From NCBI GenBank assembly GCA_041492755.1, contig JBGPXN010000045.1, positions 1 through 31,049 of the forward strand: a DNA stretch of 31,049 nucleotides, in the 5' to 3' direction. Shown here piece by piece: positions 17,481 to 25,467 of this stretch; the first letter of the stretch is position 1, and the number at the start of each line of letters is the position of its first letter. The position numbers and the translations under genes were made by a program. A model generated the notes under the pieces. That model was not told where the DNA came from, searched no databases, and worked only from the letters and a program-made list of their open reading frames with translations. Source of the stretch: Candidatus Methylomirabilia bacterium (lineage in GTDB: Bacteria > Methylomirabilota > Methylomirabilia > Rokubacteriales > CSP1-6).

Positions 17481-18436
17481 CAGGCCCGGGCGAGCTGGGC
17501 GCGCGCGGCCAGGATCGTGGTGGCGAGCGCGACCTCGCTCTGACGATCGGTCATGACGATGGAGGCGTAGAGCGGCGTGACGCGCGCCGCGCGGAGCGCC
17601 GGCTCGAAGGTGCGGTCGGCGGGCTCGACGACCAGCGCGTCGAGCCACGGCGCGTAGGCGTGCGCCACGCCCACGGGCGAAACGGCGAGCCCGCGCGCGC
17701 GCATGAGATCGCCGGCGGGACCGCTCACCGCGGCGGCGCCGACGATCGGGCTGACGCCCACCACCGGGGCCACGGTGGCGTCGAGCGCGCGCGCGATGCC
17801 GGGCACGGCCAGGATGGGGCCGACCGACGTCACCGGGTTGGATGGACACACGACGACGAGATCGGCGTCGCGGATGGCCTCGAGCACGCCCGGCGCCGGC
17901 CGCGCCGCCTCCGCCCCCGCGAACACCACGTCGCGCACCTCCACCTTCGCGCGCTCGCGAACGAAATATTCCTGAAAGGTCAGCCAGGCGTCGTCCCCGT
18001 CCGCGCCGGCCGCGCGCACGCGCGTGCGTACGGGCTCGTCGCTCATGGGCAGGACGCGCGCGGCCACGCCGAGCCGGCGCGCGATCTCGCCGGTGATCGC
18101 GGACAGCGGGTGGCCCTCGCGCAGCCGGCGCGTCCGGTAGAGGTGCGTGGCGAGATCGCGATCGCCGAGGTTGAACCAGGTCTCCTCGCCAAGTCGCCCC
18201 ATCGCCTCCCGACACTGGAACGTTTCGTCGGCCAGGCCCCAGCCCCGGCCGACGTCGAGTCGGCCGGCGAGCGCGTAGGTGGCGGTGTCCAGATCGGGCG
18301 AGACGTGCAGTCCCCACACCTCGGTGTCGTCGCCGGTGTTGCCGACGATGGTGAGGTCACGGGCGTCGAGACAGGCGGCGAGCCCGCGCAGGAGCTTGGC
18401 CGCTCCTGTCCCTCCCGCGAGGGCGGTGATGCGCAT
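17477..18436 (-). CDS. cofD: 2-phospho-L-lactate transferase
   Basis: LAGGTGAAKLL, NTGDD, SPDLDT, WFNLGDRDLATH, FQEYFV, PSNPVTSVGPIL, AVSGPA. Confidence 0.94.
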   Translation of the reverse strand: MRITALAGGTGAAKLLRGLAACLDARDLTIVGNTGDDTEVWGLHVSPDLDTATYALAGRLDVGRGWGLADETFQCREAMGRLGEETWFNLGDRDLATHLYRTRRLREGHPLSAITGEIARRLGVAARVLPMSDEPVRTRVRAAGADGDDAWLTFQEYFVRERAKVEVRDVVFAGAEAARPAPGVLEAIRDADLVVVCPSNPVTSVGPILAVPGIARALDATVAPVVGVSPIVGAAAVSGPAGDLMRARGLAVSPVGVAHAYAPWLDALVVEPADRTFEPALRAARVTPLYASIVMTDRQSEVALATTILAARAQLARAC

Positions 18437-18461
18437 CGATTACCGCCGACGCGTCACGAAG

Positions 18462-18923
18462 TCAGCTCGCGTCGCGCGCGGACTCGCGCAGGGTCCAGAG
18501 CGCGGTGCCGCCCCGCCACGCAAACAGACCGACCCCCGGCCGCCCGGCCAGGGCCGGGGGCAGCGTGCTCTCGGGGAGGGGGATGAATCCGAAGCGCACC
18601 CAGATGCGATCGAGACCGTGTGGGCGCGCGTAGACGGTGTCGCAGCCGCCGGCGGCGGCGTGATCGAGCGCGGCCGCCACGAGCTGGGTGGCGACCTCGC
18701 GCGGATCGTCCTCGGTGATCACCACGGGGCCGTGCAGGAATGCGGCGGCGTCGGCGCGCTCGGCGAGGAGCGCGCCCACCAGTTGCTCACCATGAGCGGC
18801 GCTCGCGAAGGCGCCCCATCCGAACGCGACCGGACCGGCCGGCCACGCGATGGCGGCAAAGTCGAGAAGGGGTCGGGCCGCCGCCACGTCGGCCAGCGGC
18901 CGATAGCCGACGCCCTGCCACAC
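18462..18923 (-). CDS. Hypothetical protein, degenerate GNAT-like fold
   Basis: GTG at 18923. LVGALLAE...FLHGPVV...VATQLVAAALDHAAAGGCDTVY...WVRFGF resembles GNAT motifs A/B without a clear R/QxxGxG loop. Confidence 0.55.
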   Translation of the reverse strand: MWQGVGYRPLADVAAARPLLDFAAIAWPAGPVAFGWGAFASAAHGEQLVGALLAERADAAAFLHGPVVITEDDPREVATQLVAAALDHAAAGGCDTVYARPHGLDRIWVRFGFIPLPESTLPPALAGRPGVGLFAWRGGTALWTLRESARDAS

Positions 18924-19038
18924 TCTCGGCAGCGTGGCCGCCGGGAGCGATGGACCGGATGGCCGCCCGCCTCCCGAGGGCGGGGCGTCGGCGGGAGGCG
19001 CCGCCTTCCGCGCCGGCGCGGAGCGGGGCGCCCGCGAT

Positions 19039-19326
19039 CTACTTCTTCCCAAGCACCGTGTCCTTGAGGCTCTTGGAGAGACGGAACTTGCACACACGCT
19101 TGGCCGGGATCTTGATCGGCTCGCCGGTCTGAGGATTCCGGCCGATTCGCGCCTTCCGATTCGCGAGGACCAATTTCCCGAAGCCCGGGACCACGAAGCC
19201 GTTCTTGGCTTCCTTGGTGGCGAGGTTCAGCGTCTCGTCGAAGACATCGGCGATCTGCTTCTTCGAGAGGGTGGTCTTCTGCGAAAGGTACGTGAGGGTC
19301 GCGGACTTCGTCATCTGCTTGGCCAC
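19039..19326 (-). CDS. hup: HU family DNA-binding protein
   Basis: GFGK...RKARIGRNPQTGEPIKIPAK; AGGAGG RBS before the GTG start. Confidence 0.95.
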   Translation of the reverse strand: MAKQMTKSATLTYLSQKTTLSKKQIADVFDETLNLATKEAKNGFVVPGFGKLVLANRKARIGRNPQTGEPIKIPAKRVCKFRLSKSLKDTVLGKK

Positions 19327-19394
19327 GTGATGTCCTCCTGTTCGAGGTAGCGCTGAATTCGACGTGAATTAATACCACACGCCATTGGTCACGG

Positions 19395-20660
19395 CTACCG
19401 TCGGCTGAAGCGGAATTCGCCGGAGGCGATCAAGCGCCGGTACGAGCCGAAGCGCGCCTCCGCGTCGCCGATGCTGTCGAGCGGCGACGCCGTCGCGTCG
19501 TCGCCGGTGTCCGTGCGCACGATGCCGTAGAGCGTGTCGCGCTGCGCCGGCACGCGCCCGGCGTCGCGGATCAGACGGCGCAACTCGCCGGGCGGCACCA
19601 GCTGCCCGTAGCCGGCGCCGGCCGAGGTCGAGATCGACTCGTTGATCAAGGTGCCGCCGAGGTCGTTGGCGCCCGCGTCGAGCAGGAGCTGCGCGAGCTT
19701 CGGTCCTTCCTTGACCCATGACGCCTGGACGTTGCGGATGCTCTCGCCGAGCAGCAGCCGGGCGAGCGCGTGCATCTTGACCACTTCGGCGCCGGTGGCG
19801 CCGGGGCGCACGCCGGCCACCAGCTGCTTGGACCACATGGGCGCTTCCGAGTGGATGAACGAGAGCGGAACGAACTCGGTGAAGCCGCCCGTGTCCTTCT
19901 GGATGCTCCGGAGCAGGGCCATGTGACGGATCCAGTGCGCGGGCGTCTCGACGTGGCCGTACATGATGGTCGACGTCGTGCGGATGCCCAGCGCGTGGGC
20001 GGTGGTGATGACCTCGATCCACTGATCGACGGTGATCCGGCCCCGCGCGATGACGTCGCGAATCTCCTGGTCGAGGATCTCGGCCGACGTCCCGGGCAAG
20101 GTTCCGAGCCCGGCCTCCTTCAGCTCGAGCAGGTAGTCCTTGATGGGCAGTCCCGAGCGCACCGAGCCGTAGAGGACTTCTTCCGGCGAGAACGCGTGCA
20201 GGTGGATGTCGGGGAGCGCGCGCTTGATGGCCCGGGCCACGTCGATGTAGTGGCGGCCGTCGAGCTTGGGCGGCAGTCCGGCCTGGATGCAGACTTCGGT
20301 CGCGCCCATCGACCACGCCTCTTCCGCGCGCCGCACGACTTCCTCCATGGGCAGGAAGTAGCCTTCCTCCTCCCGGTGGTCGCGGCTGAACGCGCAGAAC
20401 GTGCAGTGCTTGATGCAGACGTTGGTGAAGTTGATGTTGCGGTTGACGATGAACGTCACCACGTCCCCGACGTGCCGGCGGCGCATGGTATCGGCGGCGA
20501 CGGTGAGCGCGAGGAGATCCGGGCCGGTGACGGCGGTCAGCGTGATGCCGTCCTCCACCGAGAGCTCGGCACCGTCCAGCACGGCGCCGAGAATGCGTCG
20601 CACGTCGCGAGAGGCGAAATCGAGGGTGGGACGGAGGCTACCAGTGTCGCCAGTGCTCAT
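19395..20660 (-). CDS. cofH: FO synthase subunit CofH (radical SAM)
   Basis: NRNINFTNVCIKHCTFCAF, EVCIQAGL, PGTSAEIL, TSTIMYGH, FTEFVPL, QASWVKEG, GANDLGGTLINESIS. Confidence 0.93.
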   Translation of the reverse strand: MSTGDTGSLRPTLDFASRDVRRILGAVLDGAELSVEDGITLTAVTGPDLLALTVAADTMRRRHVGDVVTFIVNRNINFTNVCIKHCTFCAFSRDHREEEGYFLPMEEVVRRAEEAWSMGATEVCIQAGLPPKLDGRHYIDVARAIKRALPDIHLHAFSPEEVLYGSVRSGLPIKDYLLELKEAGLGTLPGTSAEILDQEIRDVIARGRITVDQWIEVITTAHALGIRTTSTIMYGHVETPAHWIRHMALLRSIQKDTGGFTEFVPLSFIHSEAPMWSKQLVAGVRPGATGAEVVKMHALARLLLGESIRNVQASWVKEGPKLAQLLLDAGANDLGGTLINESISTSAGAGYGQLVPPGELRRLIRDAGRVPAQRDTLYGIVRTDTGDDATASPLDSIGDAEARFGSYRRLIASGEFRFSRR

Positions 20661-21780
20661 ATGCTTCCTTCACGAGGCCGTCGCCGTCGATCAGCGGTTC
20701 GACGCGCGGGCGCAACGATTCGGCCAGGAACTCCGGACGCCGGGCATACTCGGGATAGATCGCCAGGCGCTCGCGAAGGACCTTGCCGGCCTCGTCGGTC
20801 GCGCGCCGCAGCGCCGGGATCACCGGCCAGGGCGCTTCAGGATTGATGTGGTCGATGGTGAGCGGCGAAATGCCGCCCCAGTCGTTGAGCCCGGCGCCGA
20901 TGAGCCGCGCGTAGGCGCCGGGTGAGAGGTTGGGCGGGGCCTGGATGTTCACGTCCGGCCCGAGCAGCAGCCGCGCCACCGCCAGCGTGCGGAGCAGGTC
21001 GTCGAACGTCGGCTCGGGCGCCGCCGCCATCGGGATGCGCGCCTTGGCGCGGAAGTTCTGGATGATGACTTCCTGCACGTGACCGTGGCGCTCGTGCAGG
21101 TCGCGGATGGCGGCGAGCGCGTCGACACGTTCGCGCGGCGTCTCGCCGATGCCGATCAGGATGCCGGTGGTGAAGGGAACGTTGAGCTTGCCGGCCAGCT
21201 CGATCGTGCGCAGGCGGCGCGCCGGCACCTTGTCGGGCGCGCGGTGATGCGCCTGGCCCGGCCCGAGCAAGCGCTCCGACACCGACTCCAGCATGATCCC
21301 CATGCTGACCGACACCTCGCGCAGCGCGGCCAGATCGCGCTCGCCCATCAACCCCGGGTTCACGTGGGGGAGCAACGATGATTCGGCGAGAGTGAGCGCG
21401 CACATCGCGCGGACGTAGTCGAGCGTCGTGCGGTGGCCGTGCCGGCGCAGGAACTCGCGCTGCTCGGCGAAGCGGGCCTCGGGCCGGTCGCCCAGCGAGA
21501 ACAGCGCTTCCTTGGCGCCGAGGCGGCCGCCGGCCTGCACGAGCGCGACGACTTCCTCGGGCGTCATGGTGTGCGCGCCGGCCTGGCCGGGATCACGCTT
21601 GAACGTGCAGTAGCCGCAGTCGTCCCGGCACAACGTGGTGAGCGGGACGAAGACCTTCTTGGAAAACGTCACCGTCTGCCCGTGGCCGCGGTCGCGGACC
21701 TCGGTGGCGCGGGCCAGGAGATCGTCGAGCCCGGCCGCCGGGCCCTCGATGAGCGCGGAGGCGTCGGCGTGAGAGATCAT
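20638..21780 (-). CDS. cofG: FO synthase subunit CofG (radical SAM)
   Basis: ATG at 21780. TFSKKVFVPLTTLCRDDCGYCTF, KEALFSLG, PHVNPG, FTTGILIGIGE, QEVIIQNF, QAPPNL, NDWGGISP. Confidence 0.94.
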   Translation of the reverse strand: MISHADASALIEGPAAGLDDLLARATEVRDRGHGQTVTFSKKVFVPLTTLCRDDCGYCTFKRDPGQAGAHTMTPEEVVALVQAGGRLGAKEALFSLGDRPEARFAEQREFLRRHGHRTTLDYVRAMCALTLAESSLLPHVNPGLMGERDLAALREVSVSMGIMLESVSERLLGPGQAHHRAPDKVPARRLRTIELAGKLNVPFTTGILIGIGETPRERVDALAAIRDLHERHGHVQEVIIQNFRAKARIPMAAAPEPTFDDLLRTLAVARLLLGPDVNIQAPPNLSPGAYARLIGAGLNDWGGISPLTIDHINPEAPWPVIPALRRATDEAGKVLRERLAIYPEYARRPEFLAESLRPRVEPLIDGDGLVKEAYEHWRHW

Positions 21781-22736
21781 CGGCGCACCTTCGGCCGGAC
21801 CTCGGCCGCGAAGCGCTCGAGAGACTGTAAGAATGCGCGAAGGTTGGGGCGGACGGGATCGAACACCACATGCGACACGCCGAGCGCCTGGTAGCGCCGG
21901 ATGTCGGCGACCACCTCCGCCGCCGTGCCCTGGAAGAGCGGCCGGTCGCCACCCGGCGATTTCGCGGCGCGTGGCCGGACTTCCATCGGCACGCGCAGCG
22001 TGAGCGTGATCGACTCCGGATCGCGTCCGGCCGCCTGCGCGTAGCCGTGCAGCTCCTTGACCTTCGCCTCGTATTGCTCGGGCAGGAGGGTCGCGGGCGG
22101 CCGCAGACCGATCGGGTGCCACCCATCGGCGAGCCGGGCCACCCGTTTGAGCGCGGCCGAGGTGTGACCACCGATCCAGATCGGCAGGCCGCCAGCGCGG
22201 GCGGGCTTCGGCAAGGCATGGACGTCGCGCATGGAGTAGTAGCGTCCCTCGAAGGTCACCGGATCGCTCGTCCATACCGCGCGCATCAGGGCCAGGTACT
22301 CGTCGGTCACGCGCCCGCGCTCCTCGAAGGGCGGGGTGTGCAGCGCCTCGAACTCCTCGCGGAGCCAGCCCACCCCCGCGCCGAGGATCACGCGCCCGCC
22401 CGAGAGCACGTCGATGGTGGCGAGCGTCTTGGCCGTGACGAGCGGGTTGCGATACGGGATGACGAGCACGCTGGTGCCGAGCAGGATCCGTCGCGTCGCG
22501 TGGGCGAGGTGCGAGAGCAGCGCCAGGGGCTCGAGATAGTCCTGCGCGGCGCCGCCGGGCAGCTTGCCACTCTCGGCGTAGGGATAGACGGAGCCGGCCG
22601 AGGACACGGGAAGGACGACGTGATCGGTGACGAACACGGAGGTGTAGCGGAGCGACTCGGCCGTCTCCGCCATCTTGAGGATGACGTTGGGTACGGCGAG
22701 CGGGCCACGACCCGGAACCGAGATGCCGAATTCCAT
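21777..22736 (-). CDS. LLM-class F420-dependent oxidoreductase (Rv2161c-like family)
   Basis: VFVTDHVVLP, LGTSVLVIPYRNP, GAGVGWLREEFEAL, PIWIGG, ADGWHP; first gene of the cof operon. Confidence 0.88.
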   Translation of the reverse strand: MEFGISVPGRGPLAVPNVILKMAETAESLRYTSVFVTDHVVLPVSSAGSVYPYAESGKLPGGAAQDYLEPLALLSHLAHATRRILLGTSVLVIPYRNPLVTAKTLATIDVLSGGRVILGAGVGWLREEFEALHTPPFEERGRVTDEYLALMRAVWTSDPVTFEGRYYSMRDVHALPKPARAGGLPIWIGGHTSAALKRVARLADGWHPIGLRPPATLLPEQYEAKVKELHGYAQAAGRDPESITLTLRVPMEVRPRAAKSPGGDRPLFQGTAAEVVADIRRYQALGVSHVVFDPVRPNLRAFLQSLERFAAEVRPKVRR

Positions 22737-22780
22737 TGGAGATGTCCCCCGTGGACGCGTGACGGCGGCGACGGAGGCTT

Positions 22781-22809
22781 ATCGTAGGTCAGCGGGCAGG
22801 GCTTTGCAA
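22781..22809 (-). promoter_or_regulatory. Sigma70-type promoter of the LLM-cofG-cofH operon
   Basis: Minus strand TTGCAA-N17-TACGAT, about 45 nt upstream of the ATG. Confidence 0.5.
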
Positions 22810-22843
22810 ACGCGTGGCGTGCACTCCCCGCGAGCTTCTCAGA

Positions 22844-23431
22844 TCAGGGAAAAAGGTCGGAGACCGCGATCGATGCGGCGGGGGCGGCGAGCGGTGAGAT
22901 GGTCTCCGGGGCACGCAGGATCGCGACCGCGCGGTAGCTCCAACCGTACAGCGCCGCGGGTGCGGGCTGGGGATCGCGATGAACCTCGAGGACTCGCTCG
23001 ACCAGGTTGACGATCCAGAAGTCGGTGATTCCGGCGCGCGCGTACAGGCTCGCCTTGTGCGCGCGGTCCTTGCGCAGGCTCGATTCCGCGACCTCGACGA
23101 TCAACACCGGATGCGAGGGATGAGCATGCCGGTAGTCGCGTGGGCCGCCGGGGACGACGCACACGTCGGGCTCGGGCTCCGAGTCGTCGTCGAGCGCGAC
23201 GGGGAACTGCGCCTCGATCATCCAGCCCTCGCCGAATGCGCGCCGGAGGGCGGCGAGGACCAGACGATTGGCCGCCGCGTGCGGTACGCCCTGCGGCTCG
23301 CGGACGACGAGGAGCCCATCGAGGAGCTCGAGCCGCTCATCCGAAGCGAACACGCCCATCTCGACGAGCCGCTCGTACTCGACGCGCTTCCAGCGTCGGA
23401 GAGCGAGGGGAGGCGTCTCAGCGGTTGCCAT
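22844..23431 (-). CDS. Uma2 family endonuclease (DUF820)
   Basis: RLELLDGLL, SEPEPDV, LIVEVAESSL, KASLYARAGITDFWIVNL; ATG at 23431. Confidence 0.92.
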   Translation of the reverse strand: MATAETPPLALRRWKRVEYERLVEMGVFASDERLELLDGLLVVREPQGVPHAAANRLVLAALRRAFGEGWMIEAQFPVALDDDSEPEPDVCVVPGGPRDYRHAHPSHPVLIVEVAESSLRKDRAHKASLYARAGITDFWIVNLVERVLEVHRDPQPAPAALYGWSYRAVAILRAPETISPLAAPAASIAVSDLFP

Positions 23432-23481
23432 CGGATGCACGATACCGGCGGCCCGGATGGGCGTCAACGCCGCGAGTTTGA

Positions 23482-23625
23482 TACGGGGTATCATCCCGGC
23501 GGGTCCTCGCCCTCGGTCTCTCGGAAGGTCTCGAGGCCGCAGGCTTCACCACCTGGTGCTACGAGCTTCATAGCGTGCCAGGGCCGAGCTACCTGATGCA
23601 GACGGGCCAGGCCATCCAAGACTAG
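23482..23625 (+). pseudogene. TIR-domain-like fragment
   Basis: Unlisted short frame reading ...LALGLSEGLEAAGFTTWCYELHSVPGPSYLMQTGQAIQD*. Resembles the alphaA-betaB-BB-loop-alphaB part of bacterial TIR_2 domains. No start codon; premature TAG. Confidence 0.55.
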
Positions 23626-23662
23626 CATCTTCTTCTCTCAGAGTCGGAGCGGCTCAGACGTC

Positions 23663-24160
23663 GTGACGCCACCGGCGCCTGTCGCGAGTACAACGACGAC
23701 GACAACGGCAGCACCTCCCCCCGCCCGCGTCGCGGACGAGCCACCGGCTCCCCGAACCGAGCCGGCTCAGCTTCGCCCGGTGACGAAGGTTGCACCGCCG
23801 CCGGCAGCACCCGCTCCCGCCGCTCCGGCGCCGCCGAGCAAAGAGTTCGGCTCGTTCGCGATCACCGCTCGGGTGCCGGGCGTGGAGGTCTTCCTTGGCG
23901 ACCGGCGGCTTGGCGAGGTTGGGCCGGGATCGCGGCTGTCGTCGGGAGATCTCGACGTGGGCGTCCACCGGCTGCGCGCCCGCAAGACCGGCTACAAGGA
24001 TTGGGAGAGGTCGTGATCGATCTGGAGGCGCTCGCTCCGCCGAGGGTCGTGACGACCGAAGACGGCGCCGAGATGGTCCTGGTGCCGGCCGGCGAGTTCT
24101 GGATGGGCAACGACGACGATGCGGAAGATCAGCGCGGCCCCGCAGGGGGACGGCCAGTAA
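23663..24160 (+). pseudogene. Remnant of a Pro/Thr linker-PEGA-FGE-sulfatase (SUMF1-like) protein
   Basis: PEGA-like GSFAITARVPGVEVFLG...HRLRARKTGYKDWE, then a frameshift near 24005-24016 into DGAEMVLVPAGEFWMG (typical FGE-sulfatase N-terminus), after which similarity ends. Confidence 0.65.
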
Positions 24161-24209
24161 GTCGCGAGGCCCACCGCCGTCCCCTGCACCCTCCGCGTAT
24201 ACTCGTAGC

Positions 24210-25067
24210 GTGTCCGAACGGCCCTCCGAGTTGCAGCCGGCTGACGAAGCCCGGTTCTGGACCGGGGTCGCGTACGCGACGAGGTTCTTCATGGGCGATG
24301 CGGACGTGCAACGCGCCCTGACCAAGCTGGTGCGCGTGTTGGACGAAACCCGCATTCCGTACGCCATCATCGGCGCGATGGCGCTCAACGAGTACGGTTA
24401 CCAGCGCGTCACGACCGACGTCGATGTTCTGCTCACGCGCGATGGGTTGGAGGCACTGAAGGCCCGTGCGCTCGGGCACGGATACGTGGAGAAGTTCCCC
24501 GGCCGCCGAGGTCTGCGGGACACGGAGAATGGTGTCCCCATCGATGTCGTCCTGGCGGGCGAGTATCCCGGCGATGGACGGCCCAAGCCCGTCCGCTTTC
24601 CCGATCCGGCGCGGGTCGCCGTCCGAGGTGCGCGTATCGTCCTGCTCCCGCTGAACGTCCTCGTGGAGTTGAAGCTGGCGTCGGGCATGAGCGCGCCTCA
24701 CCGGCTGCGTGATCTTGCCGACGTGCTGGAACTGATCCGTTCGGCGCGCTTGCCGGCCGAACTGGCAGACGAACTCGACCTCTCCGTGCGGGACAAGTAC
24801 CGCGAGCTGTGGCAGGCCGCTCAGACCGAGGACATCGAGGGCTGGGAGCCGCCAGATGCGGCAGGAGCGGCGTTTGACTTGCTGGCCGATCGTGGGGCGA
24901 TCACGCAGCGTGTGGCCGACGCGATGCGGGCTGCGACGGGCCTCCGCAATCGGATTGCGCACGGCTACGTGCGCGTCGAGCACCGGAGCATTTACGACGA
25001 GGCTCCGGAAGGCCTCGCGGCGATGCGTGAGTTCCTGAGCGCCGCGGCCAACGCCGCGGGTCTGTAG
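24210..25067 (+). CDS. Nucleotidyltransferase-fold protein fused in frame to the C-terminal half of a HEPN/DUF86 (HepT-like) RNase
   Basis: GTG at 24210. NTase motifs PYAIIGAMAL...RVTTDVDVL, IDVV, LKLASG...RDLADV; after about 24835 comes AFDLLADRGAI...GLRNRIAHGY. Confidence 0.7.
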   Translation: MSERPSELQPADEARFWTGVAYATRFFMGDADVQRALTKLVRVLDETRIPYAIIGAMALNEYGYQRVTTDVDVLLTRDGLEALKARALGHGYVEKFPGRRGLRDTENGVPIDVVLAGEYPGDGRPKPVRFPDPARVAVRGARIVLLPLNVLVELKLASGMSAPHRLRDLADVLELIRSARLPAELADELDLSVRDKYRELWQAAQTEDIEGWEPPDAAGAAFDLLADRGAITQRVADAMRAATGLRNRIAHGYVRVEHRSIYDEAPEGLAAMREFLSAAANAAGL

Positions 25068-25103
25068 GACGTCAAGCCGCATTGTGTCGCCGTCGGTCTG
25101 CCA

Positions 25104-25265
25104 GTGATATCCCACCTGCGCCCGTGGCTCATGTGGTCCGTGCCCGCGGCGCTCTTTCTGATCGCGTTCTTCCACCGGCCGGCGCAGACGCACGGGAGAA
25201 ACGTGCACGCCGACCGCCGGACGGCGGCCGGCACGGGCATCGACCCGGCGCCGGCGGCGTCGTGA
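25104..25265 (+). pseudogene. Internally deleted MFS-transporter-like remnant (53 aa)
   Basis: VISHLRPWLMWSVPAALFLIAFFHRPA|QTHGRNVHAD...*: an MFS TM1-like start joined directly to an 'ET.GRN'-like MFS C-terminal tail. Confidence 0.45.
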
Positions 25266-25467
25266 TGCCGGCACGGCTCGCTGATCGGGAAACTTGATCC
25301 GCGGCCGGATTCGCGGCACCCTCGGAGAGACGTCCGGATCCTCCACGGGAGCCGAACCGTCCGCGTCGGCGACTTCGACCGGCCTGTGACGACCGGGCTG
25401 ACGGTGATTCCGGCTTCCACCGCCTTTCCGACCGGCGGGCCCGCGGGCGGGGGCTCGTGAGCGACGG

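Noticed and set aside
19395..20660. Alternative call as menaquinone-pathway MqnC/MqnE
   Set aside because: Adjacency to cofG and the motifs EVCIQAG, QASWVK and NESIS favour CofH.
20638..22275. 545-aa extended CofG suggesting an N-terminal fusion
   Set aside because: The extension overlaps the LLM gene in another frame; the ATG at 21780 overlapping the LLM stop gives a normal-length CofG.
22737..22843. Riboswitch upstream of the F420 operon
   Set aside because: The predicted leader is only about 40 nt and shows no FMN or other recognisable aptamer motif.
24001..24160. Possible diversity-generating retroelement target (FGE-sulfatase domain)
   Set aside because: Only the N-terminal motif remains; no variable or template repeat pair and no reverse transcriptase is seen.
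23790..24209. N-terminal 140 aa of the listed 425-aa ORF
   Set aside because: Low-complexity Arg-rich read-through of the PEGA/FGE remnant in another frame; the GTG at 24210 with an adjacent -10 box is the better start.
25266..25467. Possible GlmY-like sRNA upstream of the GlrK-like kinase
   Set aside because: The position is suggestive by analogy to E. coli, but I found no convincing -24/-12 promoter, terminator or recognisable structure.
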